A stretch of 62,977 bases of DNA, the filler included, from Reticulomyxa filosa (Eukaryota; Protista; Foraminifera): assembly GCA_000512085.1 (NCBI GenBank). It is 17 parts of 17 records of this genome, joined end to end, with 100 filler letters (N's around TTAATTAATTAA, not from the genome) between each part and the next. Parts side by side here need not be neighbours in the genome. Positions count along the whole stretch, not along the records: positions 45,496 to 51,777 come from ASPP01002141.1; positions 51,878 to 53,258 come from ASPP01012525.1; positions 53,359 to 55,383 come from ASPP01022203.1; positions 55,484 to 59,100 come from ASPP01000038.1; positions 59,201 to 60,200 come from ASPP01049456.1; positions 60,301 to 61,834 come from ASPP01045779.1; positions 61,935 to 62,977 come from ASPP01024354.1; 10 more parts are not named here. The stretch is one strand, 5' to 3'. Positions 51,023 to 62,977 of this stretch are shown here, piece by piece. The notes under the pieces were generated by a model, which saw only the letters and a list, made by a program, of their open reading frames with translations, made no database searches and had not been told where the DNA came from. Position 1 is the first letter of the stretch. Every line of letters begins with the position of its first letter. The position numbers and the translations under genes are program-made.

Positions 51023-51700
51023 AATGCAAATACCAAATTACCATTTTTCTCAGCCCTCTCACCTGGGACTTACAAATTCTGTTTCATTTTCCTCTTTCTT
51101 TCAAGCACGTCACAGTATGGACCGTAATTGTTCACACCTCGAAAGCACTGCAGCCCCCAGCGGACTGTCGAGTGCCCGTGCAGCGTTGTCACAAAACCAA
51201 GTCTCAGCAACGGCGAATGAAGCCAAGGGATTAGTGAGTGACAAAGATAAAGAAGTGGATTTGAGTAAACAAAAGAGATCAAAAAAAATGGCACAATTAA
51301 GACAAAGGAGTGAGAAGGTGCTTGTGTTTCAGCTGAATCCGGATTCCCAGTCAATTGGCAATTTTACAAAAAACCATACTGAAGCAAGTGTAGCAGCGAT
51401 ATTAACAAAAACACTTACTTCTTCCACAAGTGCGACCAGTTGTGACAAAGATTTGGCCGGCTGTGGTCGAATGCCAATAACAAATGGCAATGTGGAGGAA
51501 AAGGAATGTGCGAAGAAAACGGCAGCCCAAGGAAATATTCCCAATTCCAGTTCTGTTATCAAGCTGGGTCCTGGATTTAGTCGAGCAAACCCATATCCTT
51601 CAACTGTCCCAAAGGCCAATACAAATGACAATTGCAGTGCTGCTAGCTGTTGTGATGAAAAGAGTTTACAGGTTATCATTTGGTCTATAATCGAGGAAGG
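51023..51700 (+). CDS. Hypothetical Ser-rich protein (partial)
   Basis: Long open frame with coding-like GC, running towards the contig end. Confidence 0.45.
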
Positions 51701-51737
51701 CCTATTTCTCAAAACATTTTCGCTTTGTTTATGCCTT

Positions 51738-51774
<37 letters not shown>

Positions 51775-52635
51775 ACCNNNNNNNNNNNNNNNNNNNNNNN
51801 NNNNNNNNNNNNNNNNNNNNNTTAATTAATTAANNNNNNNNNNNNNNNNNNNNNNNNNNNNNNNNNNNNNNNNNNNNTGTGATTCATGTGATTATTTTTG
51901 TGAATATGAATAAACATTTAAATTGATATTGTGAATTCAAATAAATGAAATAACAATAATATTAAATAAGTAATAACTTTTATAAAAAAAAAGCTTTTTT
52001 ATTTCGATTTGAGTTCTATTATGTAGTATATATAAATCAACTATGAATAGTATTTTCATGTACATACATAACACTTTTTTTTGAAATTTTTTGCAACATT
52101 TTGTACAAGTTTGTTTTTCAAAAACTGATATTTAAAATAAGATTCTTTGTATGTTGAGTGATGACACTATGAAACTCTTTCTTGAATTTTTTATACAATA
52201 CCTCCAGTAGAAATGGCCGTAATTGCATTTGGTCCGTTCGAAGAATGTTCTACATATGGCTTCAGTTGCAATAAATTTTTATTAGTTCAAATTGGTCGTT
52301 CTCTTGCAGCGATTGTTACGACAGGTTTTAAGTCAGCCCCCATCTTAGAGATAATGTGATGCAAAAGTGAAGAAAGTTTTTTGTTGCTATCTATGGAATT
52401 GAAGACAATTTCGATATTTATGTTTGACAAAAGACGTCAAAGGAATGATAGTAATAATAATAAAAAAGAAACAGTAATGACAAACAGACTAATTAAACAA
52501 GGTTTCTGTAAGTAAGTGTGTCAATGTTCAAAAAGAGCCAGTATTTATTTTTGCTTCTTAAATATTACTTTCAGAAGCTAGTAGGAAGAATGAAGAGAGC
52601 TAGATGAAAAAGTAATGGTGTTCATGTGGTCATTA

Positions 52636-53240
52636 CTAACATTTTTTAAAATCAAATCCACAAATCAGGCCAAGAATGATGTACAGCAATACCTATGAAA
52701 AAAAAAAAAAAAACCAGCAAAACAAAAAAGCAAGGCTTTGTTTTCGTGTCATCTCCGAATGTTATTTTTTACAACGAAATTGTTGTTAATTCCTCGCACT
52801 TGTTTTTGTTTTTTTTTTTTTAATGGGATAGTAGGAGAGCGTGAAGAGAACATACCGCAACAATAAAAAATATTAGTAAGGACATGCGAAGGTTTTTCCA
52901 AAACATTCTGTTTTTCAATTTCTTGGCATGTTTGTTGAAATATACGGCATCTTGTGTTAATTTGTCACTTTTCTCAACCAATAATTCTATGCGCTCGCCA
53001 CGATCCAATACTTTCTCTGCATTCGAATTTTGTGTATCAAACATGTGCAAAACAATAATAAAAAAAGTTTAAACACTGCTGCCCTCTTCCTCTCTTTCTT
53101 TTGTTTTTCCTCAGTCAACACTTATGTCTCTTACCTATGCTCTCCATAACCGTATTTTTGGTGTTGGCGATTTCCTCATTAATTTCTGATATTTTCGAGT
53201 CCGTTTTTTGATAATGACTCTTGGGATTATTGGCTTGTTC
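52636..53240 (-). CDS. VAMP7: R-SNARE of the VAMP7 type (3' part)
   Basis: VMESI|EKVLDRGERIELLVEKSDKL (R layer), F.K.AKKLKNRMFWKN, a TM helix and the CGFDFKKC* tail typical of VAMP7. Confidence 0.85.
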
Positions 53241-53358
53241 CTATATCAATTTGTCAATNNNNNNNNNNNNNNNNNNNNNNNNNNNNNNNNNNNNNNNNNN
53301 NNTTAATTAATTAANNNNNNNNNNNNNNNNNNNNNNNNNNNNNNNNNNNNNNNNNNNN

Positions 53359-53507
53359 ATCATAAAACCAATTTCATATTTAAAAACTACAAGATTTGTA
53401 GACATTTTTAAAAAAAAATTATATCTAAATGTTGATTTTTCATGGAGAAAATCAATTATCATCATAAGATATCGTTTTAGGCGTTCAGTTTTCTTTGTAA
53501 CATACTG
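53359..53507 (+). repeat. Tc1/mariner terminal inverted repeat
   Basis: Homologous to 14478-14618; ends ..TACTG|TA. Confidence 0.8.
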
Positions 53508-53629
53508 TATTATATTATCATTATTGCAAAGTTTATAACAAGCATTGATGAACTAAATTCAAGGCTATATAAACATATCAAAAAAATGTAAAATAAAAAT
53601 TGACATATTTACATTAAGAATAATTTAAA

Positions 53630-54175
53630 AGATTGAAATATCATTTTGGTTTTTTATTAAATCTTTCATAATTATTTCAATATTTTATCCTTTATTTTTC
53701 TTTTTTTTTTTTTTAGCTCAATGTCGTTCGATATTTGAGTTTTTTAATTTTTTTGAAAATTGCAAAGTATTGAGAATTTGAACAAGAGACTTGCTGTTGA
53801 TCTGTTGAGTCAGTGCTAGAGTTTGCTCAAAGCTTCAAAAAAATTTTATGTAAGTCATGAGTGGTGCGTAGATTTGAGCTGACGTTCGTCATAAAAACAT
53901 CAAAAATTGTTAGTGTAAGCATAATGTATGGTCTTGCTTTGTAGTTTATGACCTGTTTATGCAAGTGACATTAGTTGACGTGTAAATGCAGATTTTACAA
54001 AGAAATTCTATATGATGAAATGATCATAAAGCATTAATCGTGTTTAGAAAATAATGGAAATTGTATATTTCAGCAAGATAATGCCACTAGTCACAAAGAA
54101 ATTATAGCAAAATAATGATTTGAGCAAAACTATATCAAATTATTGAATTCCACTTCAAATTCTTCAGACCTGAAG
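53630..54175 (+). mobile_element. Decayed Tc1/mariner transposase fragment
   Basis: CIFQQDNATSHK...NSSDLK with stops; the 5' part is homologous to the reverse complement of 14160-14490. Confidence 0.8.
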
Positions 54176-55017
54176 TAAATCAAAAATATGTGTTCTTTGG
54201 TCAGGTGATTGCATTTGATAGTCGTTGGCACTACTATGCAGGCCACTTGATATGAATTGCAATACTCTTATTTGTATTGTTGCGTCTTGCATTGCCACTC
54301 TGTCTAGTCGCAGCCTCAAATAACTCTTACCTCGCACTATGTCGCTGGCCACTGATGAGTTGTCCAAATGACTTACAGAATCTTCTCTACAAATGACAAT
54401 GATCGACTTAAAGCATTCTTCACAACTGTAAATTTGACAACAACTTCAAGTAAGGCATGCAGAATTGTCTATATTCGATCTCATGGAGAACATATCTTCG
54501 CTTCAAAAGACCAGTTCGAAGTTATAGTCTTAACATGATTTGATCAAAACAGAAATAGTTGTTTTTTTTATGATTTGATCCCCTAAACAGTGGGTTCAAT
54601 GTAGTCTACGCTAGGAAAATCAAAAAGCTAAAATAGAAAATAATCGTAATGTTGCCAGAAAAACGCTGACTCAACGTTAGAGTCAATTATGGCTATACTG
54701 ATGGTTTATACTGCAATCTCTAGCTTGTTTATCGCTCAAGTTTATTTAACATGTTGAATATACATCCGCATAATCAAAAAAATATTAAAATAAATAAACA
54801 AAAAATTATGAGAAAAGAATTAAATAAAACTTAAAAATAAGAAACTTATAAATATGACTGGTTCACATCTGTTTAAAACAAAGTAAGGTGAACGTGTTTT
54901 GCTTACTTGCAAAAAAAAGGATCATCTTGATATAATTCAAAACTGCTATTCAAAACAAATTCAAAGAGTAAAAAAAAACAACTTATAAAATCGATTAAAT
55001 AACAAATCAAGGCAAAC

Positions 55018-55330
55018 ATGTCATGGCATTACGTGAATACTTCTGGAGATTCAAACGGCCCTGTCGGGGTGGACGTGTTGCAAGCGAAATTTCAAAGCGG
55101 AGATATCAACGACGAGAGTTATGTATGGAACGGAGTTGATGTTAACCAATGGACGTCGTTGAAGAGTGTGCCAAGTTTGTACGCCCAAGTCAAGCCAAGC
55201 GCGATACCAAAGCCTCCCCGTTAGTAGGTTTCCGTGTATCTATTTCCAATTAATCACATAAACAGCAGTCATAGACGTTGAAACAAACAAATAAAAAAAA
55301 AGCTGGTGGAGTGCCCCCTCGCAGAACTGG
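55018..55330 (+). CDS. GYF_2 (DUF4339) domain protein, 5' part
   Basis: WHYV.....NGPV....L......G.I...SYVW......W..L..V..L pattern followed by a Pro-rich linker. Confidence 0.85.
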
Positions 55331-55483
55331 TACGTATTTTTTTTTTTTTTTATGACAAGAGGGGAGGAAGAGGGGTTTCTCTCNNNNNNNNNNNNNNNNN
55401 NNNNNNNNNNNNNNNNNNNNNNNNNNNTTAATTAATTAANNNNNNNNNNNNNNNNNNNNNNNNNNNNNNNNNNNNNNNNNNNN

Positions 55484-56277
55484 TTGATTTTTGTCATTTT
55501 GATTATTTTATTGCAGAAATATTGATTTACAATTATTATATGGAAGTTTCATAACAAGAAGATCAAACTTTGGTGGTAGAAGCATTTTAGTCTGGTCATG
55601 TTTTGGAGTATTATGAATAAGTTATGCTTGCAAGGCGTAAGGTGGATTAAATACTGATATATATAAAGAAATTTTATCTGACGAAATCTAAAGAACGTCA
55701 ATTGCTGCTTAGAAAATAAAGAGGATTGAATTTTCAGCAAGATAATGCAACATGCAATAAATCGGAAAAAATTATGAAATGGTTAAAACAAAAAATGAAA
55801 ACAATGAATTTCCTGATTTAAATACAATTGAAAAGATTTGGTGGATAGTAGATACAATGATTCACAAAAAAGGACCATTTAATACCACTGAAAAAATCTT
55901 TGGAACTAATTCGAAACATAATGTGAAAAAATGGAAACAAACATTTATGAAACATTGATAAAGTCGATGCCAAAGAGAATACAGTCAGTTAAAAAGGTCA
56001 AAGGATATATAACGCGCTGGTAAACTTAAATTAAATTCTAAAAAACAAATCTTGTCATACTCAGGCACCATATAAAATTTTTTTAAAGTAAATGAAAGAA
56101 TAAAATTTTTGAAAAAATTTTAAAGACTTAAAAAACCAAAATGATATTTAAAAACTACAAGATTCGTAGATATTTTTTTTTAAAAAAATTTTGATTAAAT
56201 GTTGTTTTTTCATGGAGAAACACAATCATCTATATAAGGTGACATTTTAGTTTTCAACTTTCTTTTTTATTTTAATG
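55484..56277 (+). mobile_element. Tc1-family transposase pseudogene (C-terminal half) with 3' TIR
   Basis: GGRSILVWSCF, FQQDNA, PDLNTIEKIW and LIKSMPKRIQSVKKVKGYITRW* remnants; TIR 56131-56277 followed by TA. Confidence 0.9.
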
Positions 56278-56409
56278 TAGTTTTTTAAAATAAGTCTAAA
56301 TATTGACCAATTAAATCTGGATCGATTATATTATTTTATAGATTCAATTAACTACAAAACAAATTTTATGACATTTGCTAATTTGATATGAAAGTTTATT
56401 GCTAAAAAG

Positions 56410-57798
56410 TCAAGACTGCCATGAGTTAATGAGATGCATATCATGTATTGGTTTGCGATCATTTACATAATTGAACCACTGCAAGGGTTCCTGGCCTCTG
56501 AGTTGAATAGAACCTGAATTGAGTTCTTCAATAGAAACCCAGCACGCGCCGATGCTTTCATAGTTTGGAATCGATTTCGGAATGACATTTTTGTCATCAT
56601 TTTTGTCATCACTTTTGTGTTTTAAATCTTTTTCAGCGTGTTTGGTCTCCAGAGGCTCCGCATAGAAAATCACTCTCATGCGGTCGTAGCAATCTTCTCT
56701 GCTATGTCTTTTGATAGCATTGAACTCAACGCGTAAGATACCTTTTAAAACAACAAAAAAACTCTTTTCAAACTCTGTTTATGTTATATATATATATATA
56801 ATATATACATAAACAAAGAACATTAGACTACCTTTCAACTGAATAGAAACACCAGCTTCCTCTTGTGTCTCCCGAATGGCAGCTGCACAAAGTTCTTCTC
56901 CGGGATCGACTCTTCCCCCAGGCAACCAAAAACCGCAGTCTCCGTATTCCTGAACCATTAAGTACTTATTGTCTTGAGGTCTTTTCACAACTACCAATGA
57001 AAATATGTAGCTGCTCGTACCAAATTTGTATTCGGGTACATGATCGGGTGGTCCATGAGTATTGTACAAATGCACTTGAAATGGTACGTTGCTACTCCGA
57101 CCCGATCCTTTTTCTTTACCTTCGCATATGGGGCAGTCCACTTTCACTTTGTTCGGAATGCCAATATGATACAATGGACAATGTTCCCACAAATTATGCG
57201 CTGACAAACCTTTGATAAAACACTTTGGATATGGACATGCATATGTTGCTTCAGAGTGTTCCTAATTTTTTTAAGTTTGTATACTTTTTGGTTTCTAAAA
57301 AAAAATAAAAAAAATAAAAAAAAATAAATAAAATAATAATAGCAGAATAACTTGTGATTGGGCAATTTGCTTGATGGTGCTGGCAATTAATCGACATGCA
57401 TGCACAAATGCACGCGAGTCGAAGGTCACCATGTTAACCCCTAATTGGGTGCACTCTTGCCGGAATAACACACATTCAAAGGCCTCTTTGTGATACACCA
57501 CTGTAAACACGCTGCTCTTTTTGTCCACATTGGCTCCAATCACAACTGGAACCAACTGGTCGATGTGCTCTTTCAGAGACAGCTCGTAGAAAACAACAAT
57601 GTCGTACATATGCCATTCATCTTGCTTCGGTTTTGTGGGCACTGGTAACAATGTCACGTTTGCGTTTGTTGGAAAGGAATTGTCTGTTGGAATGAGAGAA
57701 CGCAACGGAAAAACCTCGTTGGAAGAATATTGATGGATAATCCCAATTTTGCAAATTTCAGACACAGTCGGCTTGTCTTTTTTTTTTAATATATTCAT
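56410..57798 (-). CDS. Nudix hydrolase with an N-terminal alpha/beta domain and Di19-like C2H2 zinc fingers (3 exons)
   Basis: Perfect Nudix box GRVDPGEELCAAAIRETQEEAGV; CPYPKC..LWEH....H and CPIC..FQVHLYNTH upstream. Confidence 0.9.
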
Positions 57799-58332
57799 AT
57801 TTTGAAATAACTTTTTAGAACTTTTGTTCGTTTTTTCCCTTCTTAGGGCTACCAACAAGAAATACAAGAAGGGAAATACAAGTTGTAAACGAAGTGTAAA
57901 ATGAACCATTACGAAAGAAGAAAAATTTTTATGGCCTTCGAAAGGCGTAGCGAGTGTTGATAGTTTGTCTGGATAAGGTAGGTCTTGAACATTCACGAGT
58001 TTATGGCATCAAGAGGTTTTTAAAAAACAATTCAAATAACTTGTGTTGTTCTCAAACAAAAGGTAGTAATTCAATAATAGTTGCTTAAAATTTTACTTTA
58101 TGATCAACCCTGTCATAACACCAACATACCCGCAAAAAAAAAAAAAAAAACAAACTGAAAAAAAAAACAAAAGAAAAAAAAGCAAACACAAAAAAACTCG
58201 CTCTTGGATTCTCTACTTGAAGAGACAGAGACAAAAACGAAAGGCATCCAAGAAAGCTTTGTGAACGTAGCCGCCTAACATTTTAATTTTGTATAGTTTT
58301 GTTTCATATAAACGAATAAGTTTGTGCCCGTG

Positions 58333-59050
58333 TCAGAACAATGTTGCTATCATCATCATCACACCGTCAAGATCATCACAAATAGAAATGAAGTGTTCAA
58401 GCGAAAAATCCGTTCCCACTTCCGTTTTGGTCCCAGTTGTCGTTGCTGTTACCGTGGGTATTTCCGTATGAAAGCTTGAAGGAATATCACTGTTGGCATA
58501 GCAATTATCCGACCATTGCGATTTGCCAGTGGGAAAATAACGTTGTTGCTGTTGCCATTGCTGTTGTTGCTGTTGTTGCTGTTGCTGTTGTTTGTCCACA
58601 AAATCAATATGATTTCGGACAGTCCAATTGGAATCATCAGACGATTGCACAAAGCGAGGATGAAAAGGCTTTGATGAAAGAGAATCAAAGTGGAGAGTTT
58701 CAAGGCTATTTCTGGAGGCGACAAAGGATGGCTGTGGCGTCGACAAAAACGATTGGGTGTCGGAAGATATCGTCGTCGATTGAGGAATGGTGGTAGTGGA
58801 CCACCCAGACATATCACTACCATTAGCTAACGCTGAGTTCATCACTGGCCGGCTCCGAACAGGAAAGGGGGGATGGCCAAAGCCTATCCACGCGCTTTCA
58901 TTCTTGGGGCTGCTCAGTGACGACAAAGAATTGGTGGACGACGTATACTGTTGTTGCCCTAAAGTGCCCGCAAAGTGTGGTGAGCTGTTGGGTTTATTCG
59001 ACTGCAAACTACTGACGTCATTATTTGCCAATGACGACGACATTGTGTAG
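58333..59050 (-). CDS. Low-complexity Ser/Gln-rich exon of an unknown gene
   Basis: 236-aa open frame with coding-like GC, bounded by a homopolymer tract. Confidence 0.5.
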
Positions 59051-59058
59051 CCATTACC

Positions 59059-59100
<42 letters not shown>

Positions 59101-59200
59101 NNNNNNNNNNNNNNNNNNNNNNNNNNNNNNNNNNNNNNNNNNNNTTAATTAATTAANNNNNNNNNNNNNNNNNNNNNNNNNNNNNNNNNNNNNNNNNNNN

Positions 59201-59232
<32 letters not shown>

Positions 59233-60200
59233 CATTGTTATCATTGCCATTATCACTTTCGACGTCCATGTCTGGAATACCACCGGCAGCAGTGGCGGTA
59301 GCGGATGCAATGTTTTGAAGCGATGCGACAGGATTGGAAGCGGCGGTCAAAAACAAAGTGGAAGGCGGTGCTGCAGAGAGGTGGAGATGATTTAATTGCA
59401 ATTCGTGTTGTAAACTATCGGATTTGAAGGAGCTGCCACGATGCAAAATGATCTTGCCCCAAGCCGCACTGTGGGCAGTATTCGACTTTTCCTCCACCAT
59501 GTCATCGTTTTCATCGTCAGTTTCAGTCTTTGCATACTTACGACCCACAGCCAGCAGTGGATTATCCACAGTGCTGTCAAAGTCATTGTCCAACTCCAAT
59601 TCCACACTCGACCGATTCTTTTTAGCTTGCTCACTTTGCGTTCTTTTAACTCCTATGGTCTTGTCCAATTTCTCTTCCTCGTCGTCATCTTCATCGTTAT
59701 GGTCTCTTCCTTGGCCCTTTTCCCGGCGTTTGGGATTGTGTAAATGCTTATGTTTGTTCGTGTGCTTATGCTTGTCATTGCTATTGCTGTGGCTATTGCT
59801 ATTGATATTGCTATTGATATTGCTATTGCTATTGATATTGATATTGATATTGCCATTATCGTTGTCATTGTCGTATTCGCTAGGATGGCTCTGACTTTGG
59901 TGTCGTTTCTTTGCTTTCGATGCGTCATTGTATTTGTTGTATTTCGATCGTTGCAAAAACAAACTGTCGCTCAGCTTCCTCTGGAACACGTTGCTTGGGA
60001 TGATCTCTTCCGTCGATCGGAACACGGGTTTGTGAATTCGCGACCGCCGCTTGCTCGAAGCGGAGTTGCTCGGCGCGGAAGACGACGACGGGGGCGGGAT
60101 ATCCGAGTGCGAGTATATATGCGATCGGCTGTTCAATTGTGCAGACAGGTTCGTGTACGACGATGGCGTGGAAAGTCCGGCATTCGTGCGCACTTCCAAA
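59201..60200 (-). CDS. Low-complexity internal fragment of an unknown protein
   Basis: The whole contig is open in one frame. Confidence 0.55.
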
Positions 60201-60302
60201 NNNNNNNNNNNNNNNNNNNNNNNNNNNNNNNNNNNNNNNNNNNNTTAATTAATTAANNNNNNNNNNNNNNNNNNNNNNNNNNNNNNNNNNNNNNNNNNNN
60301 AT

Positions 60303-61172
60303 CAAATTTGTGCAATGTTATTGTATTGTGGTAAATCATGTAATAATGAATTTAGTTATGATCAAATTAAATTTAGACATCATAGATGGCCTTATTTGGA
60401 TAGTCTTTTGCAGAGTGCTATCATAATATTGCATCAACACGAAAGAAGAGAAGAAGATGATACTGAATTATATTGTGGATTGAAAGGAGTGAGATTGGAG
60501 AATATTAAAGAAATTAAAGCAGGATTTTTCATAAGTCATGTAAGTACTTCTGATGATATTGAAGTTGCAGAAATGTATAGAAGTGATCAAGGATGTATTT
60601 TACATTTTCATCCTTCTATGAGAAGAGCATTTTACATTAAAAGTTGTGATGTATCATGGATATCACCGTTCAAACATGAACGTGAAATTTTATTTTCCAG
60701 ATCACATGTAGGCTGTACTGTTAGTGATAGTGAACTCAAAGAATTTTGTGTATGGAATGCAAAAGTAGAAAATGAAGATGAACATACACAAATGATATTA
60801 TTAACATGGGCAATATACGATCAATATATGCAGCGAGTTATGCAAATAAGTACAATGTGGAATCATAAAATTGATTTAAATCTCATTTATGTTTTATTTG
60901 ACTCTTTTGATACAAGTGATGTAAATATGATAACTAAAGTATTGCGTGAATTTGAAGAATGGAAATTGAAAGATAATAACAAAGAAAAATACAAAGAAAG
61001 AAAGAATGAATTTGTGAATAATCGTTGTTGCAATCATGACGTTAATTTACTATGTGTTTTTCTTTTTGAAAATAAAATACTTCAAACACTCACTGATATT
61101 GAGCTTGCAACACTAGATACAGCTCATTGTGGATTACCATTTGTTGACAATGATAAAAAGATGTTTATATAA
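60303..61172 (+). CDS. ADP-ribosyltransferase-like protein (R-S-E clade fold), 5' truncated
   Basis: LYCGL (usually LYRG), HVSTSDD..VA and DVSWISPFKHEREILF (ExE). Confidence 0.75.
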   Translation, partial: QICAMLLYCGKSCNNEFSYDQIKFRHHRWPYLDSLLQSAIIILHQHERREEDDTELYCGLKGVRLENIKEIKAGFFISHVSTSDDIEVAEMYRSDQGCILHFHPSMRRAFYIKSCDVSWISPFKHEREILFSRSHVGCTVSDSELKEFCVWNAKVENEDEHTQMILLTWAIYDQYMQRVMQISTMWNHKIDLNLIYVLFDSFDTSDVNMITKVLREFEEWKLKDNNKEKYKERKNEFVNNRCCNHDVNLLCVFLFENKILQTLTDIELATLDTAHCGLPFVDNDKKMFI

Positions 61173-61557
61173 AACAAATAGATAAACTTCTTTTGTTTAA
61201 ATTGTTCAAGAATTTTTTGTGAAAATAAAATAATTGTTAAATCATGTTTTTCATGTTATCAGAGTTTTCTTATTATCGAGTTTGTTTTGGAATGTTCAAA
61301 TAAGAAAAAATTGTGTATAATTAAAACAGATTTAGAAGATGATAGAAATATATTGTCTTAAATTTTTAAAATTAAACGATAGAAATATCAACGATATTCA
61401 TTATTATGATTTAAATATTTCCAAACTGAGTATTTAATGAAAAAAAAAAATACTTGAGATATATTATGTCGATTGGATAGAGAAAGATTACCCCATTTAA
61501 CTCACTCAAAAAAAAAAACGAAAGCAGTCAAATTTTATTGTTGTTGTAAAAATGATG

Positions 61558-61834
61558 CTACCCCCAAACACGAATAAGACCGTTCCATGAACCATAACAC
61601 AGATTAATACCACAATTAAGGCTATCATTAGTTTTACTTTCCCTTTCTTTCTTTTTTAACTGTAGAAATTTAAAACTGATTATCCCGCCATCTTCAAAAT
61701 CATCTCCTTTGATTTCATATAACTCCTTTTTATTTGATCGAATGTCCCAAAAACGAATTGTGTTATCCCATGACCCAGAACATATTACAGTTGAACTACC
61801 ACCAATTTCGATATTATTTACTACAAATGGTGAA
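61558..61834 (-). CDS. WD40-repeat protein, C-terminal fragment
   Basis: ICSGSWDNTIRFWDIRS and LCYGSWNGLIRVWG*. Confidence 0.9.
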
Positions 61835-62977
61835 NNNNNNNNNNNNNNNNNNNNNNNNNNNNNNNNNNNNNNNNNNNNTTAATTAATTAANNNNNNNNNN
61901 NNNNNNNNNNNNNNNNNNNNNNNNNNNNNNNNNNAAAAGCATAATAAATAAGACTTGTATCAAATATCAAAATAAATTGCAAGATATTTCAAGTGTTGTT
62001 TTTTTTTTGTATAATCGAGCAGTAATTCATGATAAAAATTTTTTCTGTTTCGATGAACACGGAGTATTATTTAAAAACTTGATGTCATTGAATCTTTTCG
62101 AAGAATGCAGTGATAGATATAAAAAAAAGGCAAACCAATAGTGAATCATTTTAGACGGTGCATCAATCAAAACATAATAATAGAAGGGAATATGATCATG
62201 GATCAACTGTGGCTATCAAGAAAAGCATTATATATGGATTATTATGAAAATAATCACAAATTAGGTAAATACGAAATAGAAGTGTTTGCCTGCATCGAGT
62301 GTATTGGAAAACACCATGATGACAAAACAAAGCGTTTTTTTTTTATTCCATAACCACAAAATAAGCAAAGTATGAATTGCGCAAAACATCAAGTTAACTC
62401 TCAAAAACCTTGTGTACTTTGTCTAAAGAAAATGTGCAATCTGTCGAGTGTAATTTTAATCAATGTTTGTATTATGTTTTTGTGCAAAGACATTGACTGT
62501 TTAGAATAGTTCCAGTTTCTTGATTATTACAACTGGTCTTAGATAGAAAGCATTGAACAAGAAACCAATTTGGAATCTTATTTCTTTGTTCTCATTACAT
62601 AATTTTGTCAACACAAGACTTATCAAACTGTATTGCATGAACAGCATCAAAATACTCAAAACAGGAAAATGTTAAAGTGATAACAGGATGTATTATCAAA
62701 AACAATATCTCCTCCTGAGTCAAGATATAGATAATCAGTAATTCAAAAAAAATTTCAATCATTGAATATTTCAGGAATAGTTTATGTTTAGAATTGTATT
62801 TACAAAAAGAAGAGATTTCGGATAGACATTACATTACTTTCATTTAATCATATTTTAATTGTATTGTTATAATAACAAAATTAAAAATATTTTGATTTGA
62901 ATAAGTTATCAAATACGAGATTAAATCATCTTTCTCTTGCAAAGATTATGTTGATTATAATTGATACAAAACGCAAT

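Noticed and set aside
1891-52638. Alternative genetic code or stop-codon reassignment
   Set aside because: TGA (G-alpha, PAM18), TAA (SBDS-N, HemK) and TAG (VAMP7) all terminate conserved proteins at expected positions; apparent internal stops are explained by introns.
12437-61934. Regularly repeated TTAATTAATTAA palindrome within N runs
   Set aside because: Artificial contig linker, not a biological repeat or CRISPR array. ORFs running into it and gene neighbourhoods across it are artefacts.
61935-62977. 70-aa ORF and Cys-containing fragments in the last contig
   Set aside because: Interrupted in all frames with no identifiable family; at most a decayed remnant.

Overview
Eukaryotic, AT-rich, intron-containing DNA. 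This is not one locus: 17 contigs are joined by 16 artificial 100-bp spacers (44 N + TTAATTAATTAA + 44 N), so adjacency across spacers carries no biological meaning. Long homopolymer and trinucleotide tracts, the WD40 and ART-like family members and abundant pseudogenes suggest a foraminiferan such as Reticulomyxa filosa (inference only). Recognisable genes: G-protein alpha subunit, stand-alone SBDS-N protein, degenerate P-loop GTPase, MacB/LolD-like ABC ATPase, SCCPDH-like oxidoreductase, aldo/keto reductase, HemK methyltransferase, VPS8, FKBP, LSMT-type SET protein, ASH-domain protein, PRP19, RasGEF, 7TM-like protein, EXO84, PAM18 (missed by the ORF track) plus a remodelled duplicate, VAMP7, GYF_2 protein, zinc-finger Nudix hydrolase, ART-like protein and a WD40 protein. 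There are also Tc1/mariner relics on three contigs. The best candidate for novelty is a ~300-nt, 50% GC, highly self-complementary non-coding island at 10804-11108 (minus strand) with Pol III-like flanks and no clean match to ncRNA signatures I could check by eye. Secondary signals are unusual intron ends, recurrent extra-A frameshifts and C-terminal xEDL motifs.
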